Of a stretch of 33,312 nt of DNA, positions 8,690 to 18,186 are shown one piece after another. Position 1 is the stretch's first letter; each line of letters opens with the position of its first letter. The stretch covers positions 1-33,312 of the IMG/VR virus record IMGVR_UViG_3300033407_000083; one strand, 5' to 3'. The notes under the pieces were generated by a model. That model was not told where the DNA came from, did no database searches, and saw nothing but the letters and a program-made list of their open reading frames with translations. Source of the stretch: a virus. Taxonomy: Duplodnaviria > Caudoviricetes. Both the position numbers and the translations under genes were made by a program.

Positions 8690-10294
8690 CTACGGCTGCG
8701 CCGTCGCCTCCATGTACGCCTCCAGGCTCACCCCCAGATCCGCCGCCGAGCTGGCCGTCGCCACCTGGATGGTCAGCCGGTCCCCGACCGCGAAGCTGAC
8801 GTCGATCAGGTCCGAGGTATCGGTGAACGCCGCGCTGGCGATGTTGATGGCGTTGGCGTCCGCCGCGAACACGCTCGCCCCATTCTTTTTGATCTGCACC
8901 ACGCAGCTTCCGCCGGAGGGCGCGGTGACCACCCGCCCCCGCGCCCGCCGCAAGCGCATGGCGAAGGATAGATCGAGGTCCGCCACCAGCAGTCCGTCGG
9001 TCAGCGTGCCGGTCCTTACGAACGTCTGCTGCCAGGGGATCACTTCCCCCGTGCCGACCAGGTGCGATAGTTTCCATGCGGCCCGTGCGATTTCCTGCCA
9101 GGTGCTTCCGCCGTTGTTTCGCAGCAGCAGCCATTTGCCAGCCTCATCGAGCAACAAGCTTCGTCCGCTGACCGCCAGTTCAATGTTCACCCCGCCCACT
9201 TCGGAAGAGTCGATCACCGTGATCTGCGAAGTGGATTGCCGTTCGATCAATAGCAGATCGCCGTCCGCACCGCCCACGATCTCCGCCAGGTCGTCGAATA
9301 CGCCGCTTTCCGCCAGCACCTTGTGAGTGGAGTGCGTCGGGGTGATGGCCCCGCTGGCAATCTGGAGCACGGAACCGAGCTTCAGGTTAAGCTTTTTTAC
9401 GTTGATGATAGATCGCTCATTGGCATCCACGTCCTGCTGGAGGGTCTTGGGGCTGTTGAAGTTGCGGCTCAGTTCCACCCACTGCGTCGCGTTGTGTTGC
9501 ATCAACACGATGAACTTGTCCACGTCGTCCAGGACCAGGTCCCCGTCCTTGATTCTGATGTTCCCCGTGCTCTTGACCGTCACCACCCGCGCCGCGTTCT
9601 CCACGCGGAGGAAGAGCAATCGCCCGATCTTCGCCGCGTCGGCGGTGATCGTGACCAGGTTGTCGCTCGCCGCATCGGCCTCCGTATCCAAGCGGTGCAG
9701 CGCCTGCGTCGGCGTGATCGTATCCGCCGCCAGGGTCAGTTCGGTGAAGTCCTTGAAGCGCAGATCGGCGACGTTCTTGAGGGCGAAGCTGTTCACGTCC
9801 ACGTCGCTGCCCGCCTGCACGCTCGACCAGGCGTTGACGATGCCGATCAGATAATTGTGCATCCGCGCGTCGATCAGCGCCGTGATGTCGCTTCCGCTGG
9901 TGGTCGCCTTGGCCAGCCGCAGATGATCGCCCGCCGGCCACGCCGTGGTGCTGATCTTCAGCGTCTGGTCCGCGTCCAGGTACAGGTAATTCACCGCGCT
10001 GGCGGTCAGCGCTTGCGTGGCGGTTCCCGCGAAGCTCTTCTCCGTGGCCCCAATGCGGTACTCGCAGGCGAAGACCCCGACGTTGAGTCCGCCCAGGTCG
10101 ATCACCATCCCCCCGATTCGCCCCAGCGTGGCCATCAGTTGCGCGAGTTGCTGCATGACCCGCGTGTAGTGCGTCGGGGTGGTGGCGTCGTTGGCGTTCT
10201 TCAGCAGATGGCGGATGCCGGTGGCGGCGTCGACCACGCCGCTCAGGGCGTCCGCCTCCGCCGCCGTGATGTCCGGATAAATCGGGTTGCTCAT
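8690..10294 (-). CDS. Tail fibre-like protein with tandem repeated domain (534 aa)
   Basis: Two related units ELTLAADTITPTQALHRLDTE...WVELSR and VLQIASGAITPTHSTHKVLAE...WQEIAR; C-terminal beta-sandwich-like segment. Confidence 0.7.
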   Translation of the reverse strand: MSNPIYPDITAAEADALSGVVDAATGIRHLLKNANDATTPTHYTRVMQQLAQLMATLGRIGGMVIDLGGLNVGVFACEYRIGATEKSFAGTATQALTASAVNYLYLDADQTLKISTTAWPAGDHLRLAKATTSGSDITALIDARMHNYLIGIVNAWSSVQAGSDVDVNSFALKNVADLRFKDFTELTLAADTITPTQALHRLDTEADAASDNLVTITADAAKIGRLLFLRVENAARVVTVKSTGNIRIKDGDLVLDDVDKFIVLMQHNATQWVELSRNFNSPKTLQQDVDANERSIINVKKLNLKLGSVLQIASGAITPTHSTHKVLAESGVFDDLAEIVGGADGDLLLIERQSTSQITVIDSSEVGGVNIELAVSGRSLLLDEAGKWLLLRNNGGSTWQEIARAAWKLSHLVGTGEVIPWQQTFVRTGTLTDGLLVADLDLSFAMRLRRARGRVVTAPSGGSCVVQIKKNGASVFAADANAINIASAAFTDTSDLIDVSFAVGDRLTIQVATASSAADLGVSLEAYMEATAQP

Positions 10295-10300
10295 GGCCTT

Positions 10301-10340
10301 CTCGACGCTCCTTCAAACGCCCTTCGAACGATCCTCGAAT
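10301..10340 (+). repeat. Second copy of the 11-bp-phased YTCRA array
   Basis: CTCGACG(10301), TTCAAAC(10312), TTCGAAC(10323), CTCGAAT(10334). Confidence 0.5.
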
Positions 10341-10376
10341 CGCTCGTCATCGAATTCATAATCTTGGCGTTTCGCC

Positions 10377-10871
10377 TCATTCCGTGTTTCTCTCGAACGC
10401 GAACACCGCCTGGTCGTTCACCGCGTCGTAACTCTCCAGTTCAAACCTCGACAGCGTCGGCGGTTCCGTGGCGGCGACGAACACCGCGATCTCCGGCAGC
10501 GTCCCGCCCTGGGCGTTGCCCGCCGCATCCACGATCTGCCCCGCGAACTTGTGCATCGCGTAGGCCGCCGGCAGGTGGACGGTAACGTCCACGTAGCGGA
10601 TGAATTCCGTCATCCCCTTCCCAAACGGCTGCCTGCCGAACATCTCACTGAGCCGCGTTGGCGGCCGCCCCGTGGGAAACGTCCCGCGCAGCCCCTGTCC
10701 CCCGAAGTCCTTCGTCCGCGTCACGATCGCCTCAAACAGCGCCGCGGGCCGCGCCAGCAGCGGCCGGGCGAGGTCGATCGTCCCGTCCCCGAAGTCGCTG
10801 TAGACTTGCAGCCCGTCGCCCGCGTCGGCCCCTTCGGGGATCGGAATTCGTAATTCCACGGGGACCAGCAT
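10377..10871 (-). CDS. Hypothetical tail protein (164 aa)
   Basis: ORF directly after the 799-aa gene, same strand. Confidence 0.7.
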   Translation of the reverse strand: MLVPVELRIPIPEGADAGDGLQVYSDFGDGTIDLARPLLARPAALFEAIVTRTKDFGGQGLRGTFPTGRPPTRLSEMFGRQPFGKGMTEFIRYVDVTVHLPAAYAMHKFAGQIVDAAGNAQGGTLPEIAVFVAATEPPTLSRFELESYDAVNDQAVFAFERNTE

Positions 10872-10877
10872 CGCCGT

Positions 10878-13277
10878 CTACTCCGCGCCTTCCTCGGGCG
10901 CATGCCGCAGGTCCGTCAGGTGCATCACCGTCCGGTATCCCGCTCGGGGGTCCTTCATCCACTCGATCGAAACGCACGTCGGCCAACTGCGAAAGTCGAT
11001 GCCCAGTCCCGACACCCCGCGAAACGAATCCCCGATGCGCACGTCCGTCTTGATGTAGGGCGCTTCCCACGATCCCGCGACCTTGACGGCGTCCATCAGC
11101 GCCCGCGCCCGATCGGCGAAGTCGTGCAGCTCCACCGTGTCCTCCCGCGTCTCGTAATTCGGATCGGGATCGACGGGCATGGCGTTCAGGGCGCTGTTCT
11201 GCCCGCGACGGCTGCACAGGACGAACTGCTCGAAGCCCAGGTCGATCACCCTGGCCCGCGCCCGCTGGAGCACTGCGCTCGACGGCGCCGGCGCGTAACG
11301 CAGCCGCCGGTCCCCGCGCACCGTGCAGGTGATCCGCACGAACAGGTGCGGAGCGCGAAACTCGCCCGTCTCGAAATCGATGCCCAGGTACGCGGAGAGG
11401 TAGTTGTTTTCTTCGTCTTCGCCCGGCGGGCGGAGCTTCGCCGACTTCCACAGGTTGTCTTCCTTGATCCACAGCGCCGCCCGCTCCTTGTCGAGGACCG
11501 GCGTGCCCGTGAAGGGGATCCAATTGGGGTCGGCCAGCGCCGTGAAGGGATCGACGGCCGTGAAGTTGATCTCCATTCGCGGCGTCCGCTCCGTCGTGCT
11601 CGGGTTGATCCGCGCGATGAGCTCTCCGAACGGGCGGCGGTGCAGGACCCAGTCGGCGACTTCCGACACCGGAATGTCCCCGCCGATCTCGCCGTCCACG
11701 TAGATGAGCTTGTCGATCGTCCCTTCAAAGAGATACGGACTGTAGAACTGCGGACTGGCCCAGGGTCCCGTGTTGCGTGCAAACGGCGAATTTTCCACGC
11801 TCGAAAATCCCGTCTCCGGATCGACGTCCATGTACTCGAGCGTGTCCGGAAAGACCCACAGCCGCCCCACGTCGGCGTAGCGATGATGTTCCGGATGCCG
11901 CGTGTCGTAGACGCTGAGCACGATTTCGCCCGAGTCATCATCCTCTTCCTCGGCGAACTGCTCTTCCCAAAACGTTTTAGCCGCCTGCGCCTGGCCGTCG
12001 CTCAGCATGTCGTCGAGGTTGGGGTCCGGCTTCCATCCCGGACGCAGAAGCAACGAGCACTCCCAGTCCCGCGCCCCCGCGAGAAACACCGGGGCGTTGA
12101 TCGCCCGATCGTCAATCGCCAGTTGGCTCTGCCGCGCTTCGTTGCGCAGAGCGATGTCCCACGCCGTCAGCCCCTGGTAATTCGAGAAGGGCCGATCGCG
12201 GGGAATGTCCAGCGCTCGCGGCGCGGCCATCATCCGCTCCCGGGTGGCGGTTTCCTCGGCGAGCGTTACGATCTCGGCGAACACGCGCAGGAAGTATTCC
12301 GGATCGTTCGATTCCGGCTTGTTTCGCACCGCGATTTCAAAGTGCAGCCCCGCCCCCCTGCACAGCGCCGCGATCGCTTCCCGCGCGTTCATCGACGCCA
12401 CGGCCGCGTGCTCGATCCGTTGCACGTTCCGCCGGGCGAAGGGATCGTCCGGGCTTCCTCCCTCCAGACCGACGTAAGCGTCCGTATCCAGCAGGAAGTC
12501 ATCGACGCTGACCCCCGCCTTGACCGCGTAGTGATAGGCCACGTAGCGCAGGGCGTCGGCCGCGTTCCAGAACTTCGCACGGGGATCGCCGTCCGCGGTG
12601 AACGCGAAAATCCGGTGGGTCCCCGACTTGCCCTCCGTTCGCGGAAATGTCAGCGCGTAGTCCAGCCGGTTGGGCTTGCCCTCCGCGTTGAACACCGGCG
12701 GAAGGGCGTCCACCTCCACCAGGTCGTCGCTTTGCACCGTCGCCGGATCACGGAAGGGGTATTTCCGCATCAGCCGTCCGCTGATCTGGCATTGCGGATC
12801 GCTCGCCAGCCGTTCCTCGCCCTCCGCGATCGCCGCCAGGGTGATCGCCTGGTGCCGTTCGCTCCACGACGCCGTCCGCGACAGGGCGTAGCCCTGGAAG
12901 AGGATGATCGGCGGGTCGGCCCCGCGGGGCATGGCGACGCGCACGCGGCGGTCGGGGTGCAGTTGATCCAGTAGTTGGCTGAGGTGTTCGGCGCCGATGC
13001 TCGCTGCGGCGTCCAGCTTGTCCGCGTCCAGGGCGCGGACGATCAACGCCGCCTTCGTCTCCGTGCCGTCCATTCCCCGCGCCACCGACTCCCAGTCCAC
13101 GCGCTCCGCGAGCTGGAAAATTCCGCTTCCCGTCGCCGTCTCGATGTAGACGTGGACCGCGGGCGGATCGAATGAAAATCCGCTGGGCACCGTGCCCGCC
13201 GGAAAGGCGCGGTTCAGGCTGTTGCGCTCCGCGCGTCCGATGCCCTTGCTCAGGATGGTCGTTATCAGCGGCGGCAT
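10878..13277 (-). CDS. Putative baseplate hub/central tail protein (799 aa)
   Basis: Large ORF two genes after the tape measure; hub-like N-terminus (HPDRRVRV...ILFQGY) and C-terminal GD...V.SIEW...YRT pattern. Confidence 0.65.
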   Translation of the reverse strand: MPPLITTILSKGIGRAERNSLNRAFPAGTVPSGFSFDPPAVHVYIETATGSGIFQLAERVDWESVARGMDGTETKAALIVRALDADKLDAAASIGAEHLSQLLDQLHPDRRVRVAMPRGADPPIILFQGYALSRTASWSERHQAITLAAIAEGEERLASDPQCQISGRLMRKYPFRDPATVQSDDLVEVDALPPVFNAEGKPNRLDYALTFPRTEGKSGTHRIFAFTADGDPRAKFWNAADALRYVAYHYAVKAGVSVDDFLLDTDAYVGLEGGSPDDPFARRNVQRIEHAAVASMNAREAIAALCRGAGLHFEIAVRNKPESNDPEYFLRVFAEIVTLAEETATRERMMAAPRALDIPRDRPFSNYQGLTAWDIALRNEARQSQLAIDDRAINAPVFLAGARDWECSLLLRPGWKPDPNLDDMLSDGQAQAAKTFWEEQFAEEEDDDSGEIVLSVYDTRHPEHHRYADVGRLWVFPDTLEYMDVDPETGFSSVENSPFARNTGPWASPQFYSPYLFEGTIDKLIYVDGEIGGDIPVSEVADWVLHRRPFGELIARINPSTTERTPRMEINFTAVDPFTALADPNWIPFTGTPVLDKERAALWIKEDNLWKSAKLRPPGEDEENNYLSAYLGIDFETGEFRAPHLFVRITCTVRGDRRLRYAPAPSSAVLQRARARVIDLGFEQFVLCSRRGQNSALNAMPVDPDPNYETREDTVELHDFADRARALMDAVKVAGSWEAPYIKTDVRIGDSFRGVSGLGIDFRSWPTCVSIEWMKDPRAGYRTVMHLTDLRHAPEEGAE

Positions 13278-13290
13278 CGTTCAAAAGAAT

Positions 13291-13371
13291 TCAGAAGACA
13301 GAATACAGGAGTCAGAATGACATCCCGCAGTCTTTACTCTTCTGTCTCCTGTCTCCTGTCTCCTGTCTTCT
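13291..13371. repeat. Inverted pair of heptamer arrays: (CAGRAKA)n ... (TCCTGTC)n
   Basis: TCAGAAGACAGAATACAGGAGTCAGAAT (13291-13318) faces TTCTGTCTCCTGTCTCCTGTCTCCTGTCTTCT (13340-13371). Confidence 0.8.
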
Positions 13372-13372
13372 C

Positions 13373-13864
13373 TTACCCCAGCCTCTTGAACACGATCCGC
13401 ACCTTCGGATGGATCAGCGTGTAGGGCGCCGAGTTGTGCAGGGTGAACACCTCGCCCATGCTGAAGTCCTCGAGCACTGCCTGCTCGCTCAGGATCGTTC
13501 CGAAGGCGTTGGTCAATCTCGTCGCCCGCATCTGTCTGGGGTCCGGCGGGTCGAGCACGCCGTTCGTCCGGCTGCTGCCGTGTTTGTACCGGTTCAGTTC
13601 GCCGACGATCGCCGCCCGCACGTCTTCCGTGCTCGTCTTCAGGCTCCCTTGCCAGACCACCCGACCCGAGGTGAACCCCAGCCGGTCTTCGTAGGCCACG
13701 TTTTGTTGCACCACCGCCTGGTCCACCCGCGTCGCCTCGTCGGCCCCCTCGATCACCTTCAACGTGAACCGCGCCGTGTTCTCCGCGTATCGCTCCGACC
13801 CCGGCTGCCCGGCGTCGAGCTCATCCACTCCGTTGGTCCCTCCAAATTGCGGCGTCGCGCTCAC
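13373..13864 (-). CDS. Putative distal tail (Dit-position) protein (163 aa)
   Basis: Immediately follows the tape measure gene. Confidence 0.6.
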   Translation of the reverse strand: MSATPQFGGTNGVDELDAGQPGSERYAENTARFTLKVIEGADEATRVDQAVVQQNVAYEDRLGFTSGRVVWQGSLKTSTEDVRAAIVGELNRYKHGSSRTNGVLDPPDPRQMRATRLTNAFGTILSEQAVLEDFSMGEVFTLHNSAPYTLIHPKVRIVFKRLG

Positions 13865-13906
13865 AGCGTTCCGATCTCAAACCTTAGATTTCAAATCTCA
13901 AATTCG

Positions 13907-15337
13907 TTAGGGGAAGATCTCCGCCTCCCGCGCCGCGCTCTCTCCGTTGACCCGCACAAGCGTCTGATACGCCGCTCCCGGAACGATCTTCTTGGAGTTG
14001 AATTCGTTGTGGATGTTGATCGACGTCGGTTCACCCTTTTTGATTCGTTCGCGCATCATCCCCTTGGTTTCATCCACAGCCTCCTTGATATCGGGGGTGA
14101 CGGTTGGCACATCGGGGGCGATAGGATGCTCACCGCCGGACTTCGAGGAAACCGGTAATGAGGAGGTCGGCCCCTCGCGCAGCCTCTTGTCCAGCAGCCG
14201 CCCGATTTTGATGGCATCGGCCTCTTCGGGCGACGGGGCGCGCGTCACCTTCCTCATGCCTCCGGACAGTTGTCCCCCGAAATTCTTCAGGCTCACCAGC
14301 CCCGCTTCGATCGCCTTGAAGCCTCCTTTTTCTTCGAGCTTGGCGATGGCCGCCTTGACCTGCTCGTCCGTCACGCCCTTGCCCAACGCTTCCCTCGCCA
14401 GATCCTCCAGCGCCGTTTTCCCTCCGCCGATGGATTGCTTCTCGCGGAATGCTTCTTCCGCCGTATCGTAGCGTTGCTTCGCTTCCCGTCTGAATTGCGA
14501 CTCGACCGCCTCCCGGTTACGCCCCGCCGCTTTATCAAACCGCGCTCGCGCCCGCTGCTTCGATTCCTTTCCAGTGAGTTGCAGCCGCCCCGTCTGCATC
14601 AGAAACGTGGCGCTCGCCATCTCTTCATCGCTCAGTCCCACGTCCCCCAGATGGCCTGCCGCCTTCTTGGCCGCCTCCGCATCGAGTGCGGGATTCCGCG
14701 TCAATACACGTCCGATCTGCTCGTCCGCCGCTCGCGCCGTGGCCGCATCGAACCCGCCGCGTTTTCGGGCATCGGAGATATCCTCGATCGCCTGCTTGCG
14801 TTCCCCCTCCGCGCGTTTCAGCGCGTTCATCGCGTCCTGCTGGTCCTTGATCTTGGCGTTGACCTTTTCGAGTTCCGCACCCATCTTCGCCCAGGCGGCG
14901 GTGATCGCCCCGATGCCCGCGGCCAACGCCCCTCCCGCCGCGAGCAGTCCGAGCGTCGATCCGAACTTGGTGACGATGCCTACCAGCCCCGTCCCCACCG
15001 CCGAAAAGTCGATCGCCTTGCTCCCCAGTTCTCCCATCCCCACGGCGGCGTTAAGCAGGCCACGCGCCATGCTGGCCAGCCGGGGGTCGATGGCTCGGAG
15101 CACGCCGAGGAAATCGTCCATCGCCAGCGTGTGCTCTTCCTGTTTGCCCGCCGCTTCGCCCGCCGCTTCACCGAGCGCCGTGACCGCCTCTCCCGCCGCC
15201 GACACCGCCGGCGCCTGCTGCCCCGCGGCCCCCGCGACGCCTTGCTGGGCGGCGACGAGCTTCTGCAAGTTGGCGACGACTTCCTTATCGCCCAGCAGCT
15301 CCGCGATCAGGGTTAGTTTTTGGGTCAGGTCAGCCAT
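13907..15337 (-). CDS. Tail tape measure protein, short (476 aa)
   Basis: Ala/Gly/Lys-rich helical sequence, hydrophobic GLLAAGGALAAGIGAI segment, C-terminal SINIHNEF, position after tail tube. Confidence 0.75.
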   Translation of the reverse strand: MADLTQKLTLIAELLGDKEVVANLQKLVAAQQGVAGAAGQQAPAVSAAGEAVTALGEAAGEAAGKQEEHTLAMDDFLGVLRAIDPRLASMARGLLNAAVGMGELGSKAIDFSAVGTGLVGIVTKFGSTLGLLAAGGALAAGIGAITAAWAKMGAELEKVNAKIKDQQDAMNALKRAEGERKQAIEDISDARKRGGFDAATARAADEQIGRVLTRNPALDAEAAKKAAGHLGDVGLSDEEMASATFLMQTGRLQLTGKESKQRARARFDKAAGRNREAVESQFRREAKQRYDTAEEAFREKQSIGGGKTALEDLAREALGKGVTDEQVKAAIAKLEEKGGFKAIEAGLVSLKNFGGQLSGGMRKVTRAPSPEEADAIKIGRLLDKRLREGPTSSLPVSSKSGGEHPIAPDVPTVTPDIKEAVDETKGMMRERIKKGEPTSINIHNEFNSKKIVPGAAYQTLVRVNGESAAREAEIFP

Positions 15338-15380
15338 CGCAATACTCGAAACCGGAAACTAGAAACTCGACCTCCGTTCA

Positions 15381-16307
15381 TCACGCAAAGTTGATCAGCC
15401 GATCGGCCGGCGTCGCATCGTTGATCGTTCGAATGAGCGGCGGAGCGCCGCTCGGATCGCGCCATTGCATGACGCCGCTGAGCGTGTACCCGCTCCAGTC
15501 CCGTCCCCCGGCCCGCGCGGATTTCCGGAACTTGCAGTTCCGCAGCGTCAGCACGGCGTCGGGCGTATCGCCCACCCCCTCAAAGGAAACAACCAGGTCC
15601 TTCACCCCGTTCTTGAGCAGCGCCGTGGGCATGTTGTGCGTGGGAGGCCCCGTTTGTTGCCCGCTGTCCCGGATCGTGAGCGTCACCGCTCCCAGGGCGA
15701 ACCCCGCCACGTCCACCGCCGTCATGCCCTTGTCCGTGTCGCCGTAGTCTTCCAGCACCCGCCCGGCCAGCGAAAACGCGACGCTCTGCACGGCGCTCGG
15801 CAGAAGGGATCCATGGACCACGCTCTTGGGCTGCCAGAGCCGCAGCGGGTGACGTAGCGTCGGCGCCGCCTGGTGCTCGGTGAATCCTTCCACGTCCGCG
15901 AACTCGCTGGCGGCCAGATTGAACCGGCACATGCCGTCGATGGTGGCCGTCGCGTACTGTCCGCGTTGCGCCTGGAAATCCAGCGCGTGCGGCACGGGAA
16001 CGATCAGCACGACCTTGCCGTAGTTGTTGGGCGGGGCCACGCCGCTCTCGTGCCCGAAGAACTGCATGGAGGCGTGCGTGCCGATGAGGATCGGGATCCC
16101 CTGCATGACGTCCGTGGTGACGATCCGGAACGTCTCGCGTTGCCCGGCCTCGTCGGCGTCCGAGGGGCCTTGCACGCCGTCCGAAAGACTGTCCACGTTG
16201 TGCGTGAAGCTCTGTTCGGTGCCGATGGAGGTCACTCCGCCGACCTCGATGTCGGACGTCGTGAACTTCAGCCCGTCGACTTCGTCGTAGATTCGCTGGT
16301 TGGCCAC
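15381..16307 (-). CDS. Putative major tail tube protein (308 aa)
   Basis: GTG start with AAGGAGA SD; beta-rich; lies between tail-terminator-like gene and tape measure. Confidence 0.65.
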   Translation of the reverse strand: MANQRIYDEVDGLKFTTSDIEVGGVTSIGTEQSFTHNVDSLSDGVQGPSDADEAGQRETFRIVTTDVMQGIPILIGTHASMQFFGHESGVAPPNNYGKVVLIVPVPHALDFQAQRGQYATATIDGMCRFNLAASEFADVEGFTEHQAAPTLRHPLRLWQPKSVVHGSLLPSAVQSVAFSLAGRVLEDYGDTDKGMTAVDVAGFALGAVTLTIRDSGQQTGPPTHNMPTALLKNGVKDLVVSFEGVGDTPDAVLTLRNCKFRKSARAGGRDWSGYTLSGVMQWRDPSGAPPLIRTINDATPADRLINFA

Positions 16308-16346
16308 TGCATTCTCCTTCGTGCGCCGCTCAGCGCTCTATTGCCC

Positions 16347-16862
16347 CTAGAGCGCCTTGGGCACTTCGTCGACGATCACGTTGGCCCGCATGATGCACAG
16401 GTTGGAGCTGTGCCAGACCACGTCCGCGCCCGCGTAGTGCGACTTATCCGTGATCGTCGAGCCGGCCGTGACGCCGGGTTTCTTCTGATTGAACGCCGCC
16501 TGGAGCAGATCGCGCATGGCGTTCGTTCCCCAGCTCGTTTCCGCTCCCCGCACCTCCCCGCGTCGCGCGGCGGCGGGCGTGTGGTTGCGGATGCCGATGA
16601 GCACCACGTAGGTCGGCGACAGCTTGATCTGGCTGTCGGCCAGCTCCTCGGTTTCCTCGCCCGAGAAAAACACCCGGGCGACATGGTCGCGCGTCGCGGA
16701 CATCAGTTCTTCCGCGAATTGCCCGACCGTCCCGCTCTCGGTCCCTTCCCACGGTTTCACTTCGACGGCCTCGAACGCCGCTGCCCCGTTGAACTGGATG
16801 GCTTGGATCTGCGCGATGATCCAATCCTCCACCTTGCTGGCCATCGATCCGTCGTTCGCCAC
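16347..16862 (-). CDS. Putative tail terminator, Mu gp37 position (171 aa)
   Basis: Synteny after gpG; KVEDWIIAQIQAI N-terminus and AAARRG motif. Confidence 0.65.
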   Translation of the reverse strand: MANDGSMASKVEDWIIAQIQAIQFNGAAAFEAVEVKPWEGTESGTVGQFAEELMSATRDHVARVFFSGEETEELADSQIKLSPTYVVLIGIRNHTPAAARRGEVRGAETSWGTNAMRDLLQAAFNQKKPGVTAGSTITDKSHYAGADVVWHSSNLCIMRANVIVDEVPKAL

Positions 16863-16918
16863 GTCGCTCCGCTCCGCTGAAATCTCAAATCTGAAATCTC
16901 AAATTTGAGATTTGCCAT

Positions 16919-17572
16919 TCATTTCCCGTCGAGCCACTCCGGCACGATCTTCTCGTTGATCTCGGCGATGTCCTTCTCATCGAAGTACAGAAACGGCCTC
17001 GCCTCCTGCTTCACCCAATAGGCCAGGGCGTAGACCGGCCCACGGAATTGTTTCACCCGGACTTGCCCTTTCCTTTTCCCGCGACGCACGATGCCCGTGC
17101 CCCGGCCGATCGCTTCATCGGCCACCAGCAGTCCGAAGATGTTGGGCTTGCTCCCCGTGTACGGCACGAACTTCAGCAGCTTCCCGGATGGGTCCAGTTC
17201 CCGCGGCCCGATTCCATGACGTTTCAGATGGTCTTGCAGCGGAATGGCCAGGGCCTTGGCGTTTTTGGGTTCGATGATCCCGCCGTAGTGCACCTGCGCC
17301 GCGTAGGGCAGATTGCTGCCGACCTCAACCTTCAAATCCGAGATTTCAAATACGTTGCCCGCTCCGCCTTCGCTCAGCGACGCGGCCAATCGTCCCGTGC
17401 GGATCGCGCCCTCTTTCTTGAGCACGGTCGTTAGTCTGCGTCCCGCGGATGACAGCGCCAGAATGCCCACGCGGCGCATGAGCCGCTTGGGTTCTCGAAA
17501 GGCTTTCGCGGCGCGTTCGAACATCGTTCGATCGCCCGTGATCGCCACCCGCATGTTCAGTCCGCTGGCCAT
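16919..17572 (-). CDS. Virion morphogenesis protein (Mu gpG / P2 gpS-like)
   Basis: RTGRLAASL...VEVGSNLPYAAQVHYGG...ARPFL family motifs. Confidence 0.85.
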   Translation of the reverse strand: MASGLNMRVAITGDRTMFERAAKAFREPKRLMRRVGILALSSAGRRLTTVLKKEGAIRTGRLAASLSEGGAGNVFEISDLKVEVGSNLPYAAQVHYGGIIEPKNAKALAIPLQDHLKRHGIGPRELDPSGKLLKFVPYTGSKPNIFGLLVADEAIGRGTGIVRRGKRKGQVRVKQFRGPVYALAYWVKQEARPFLYFDEKDIAEINEKIVPEWLDGK

Positions 17573-17578
17573 TTTTCG

Positions 17579-17659
17579 TTCACCACCAAGTCACCCTCTG
17601 AAATCTCTAATCTCAAATTTCAAATCCTCTTCTTCGTGCCTTCGTGTCTTCGTGGTTAA
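17579..17659. repeat. Nested repeat: TTCACCACCAAG / CTTCGTG arms enclosing an AAATCTC array
   Basis: TTCACCACCAAGTCACC (17579), AAATCTC-type array (17599-17626), TCTTCGTGCCTTCGTGTCTTCGTGGTTAA (17631-17659); same layout at 26042-26101. Confidence 0.75.
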
Positions 17660-18090
17660 AGCCCTCTCATCTTCGCCGCGTTCTGCGCATTGCTTCCCCA
17701 GCTCGGTTTGGGATCGTCCGCGCCTGTGCTCGCCGGCGTCGTCGCCGCCGGCAGCACGATCTTTCCCTCGCTGACCATCTTCAGCCATTCCACGGCGTTG
17801 CTCCGCGCCTTGCTGATGTCTTCCGGAACGGGCGGCCGCCGCAGGTGCGCCCGGTACGCGGCCAGGTCCAGGCAGAACCCCTTGAGCGTGGCCTGCACGT
17901 CCGCATGCGCCGTGAGGTCCACGGGCACGGCGTAGCGCCGGGCGAGGTATCCGTTGACCTCGCCTTCGGCGCTGCCCATGATCTCGGCGACCACCGCCGC
18001 GTCGATGGTCGCCCCGCTGTCCGTGGTGAGTTGCAGGAGCTTTGCAGCCCCGACTCGCCCTTCCAGATCCGCCTGTACGATGTACGCCAT
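17656..18090 (-). CDS. Head-tail adaptor, Mu gp36/DUF1320-like (144 aa)
   Basis: MAYIVQADL...VNGYLARRYAVP...DLAAY...AVEWLKMVSEGKIVL family pattern. Confidence 0.88.
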   Translation of the reverse strand: MAYIVQADLEGRVGAAKLLQLTTDSGATIDAAVVAEIMGSAEGEVNGYLARRYAVPVDLTAHADVQATLKGFCLDLAAYRAHLRRPPVPEDISKARSNAVEWLKMVSEGKIVLPAATTPASTGADDPKPSWGSNAQNAAKMRGL

Positions 18091-18095
18091 CGCCG

Positions 18096-18118
18096 TGTGC
18101 CACTGCTCGCAAGCAGTG
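18096..18118 (+). repeat. REP-like 23-bp palindrome TGTGCCACTGCTCGCAAGCAGTG, copy 1 of 3
   Basis: Identical copies at 18096, 25324 and 32528; CACTGCT/AGCAGTG stem. Confidence 0.85.
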
Positions 18119-18186
18119 CTCCGTCGTCCGCTCGGGATCTCCGTTCCTGGCTCTCAAATCTCAAATTTGAAATCTGAGATTCGTCA

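Noticed and set aside
258-10294. Diversity-generating retroelement or invertible tail-fibre cassette
   Set aside because: No reverse transcriptase, Avd, invertase, TR/VR pair or inverted fibre gene was seen in the window.
13373-17572. Contractile Mu-type tail (sheath, baseplate J)
   Set aside because: No sheath-sized gene before the tube and no baseplate J or spike motifs were recognised.
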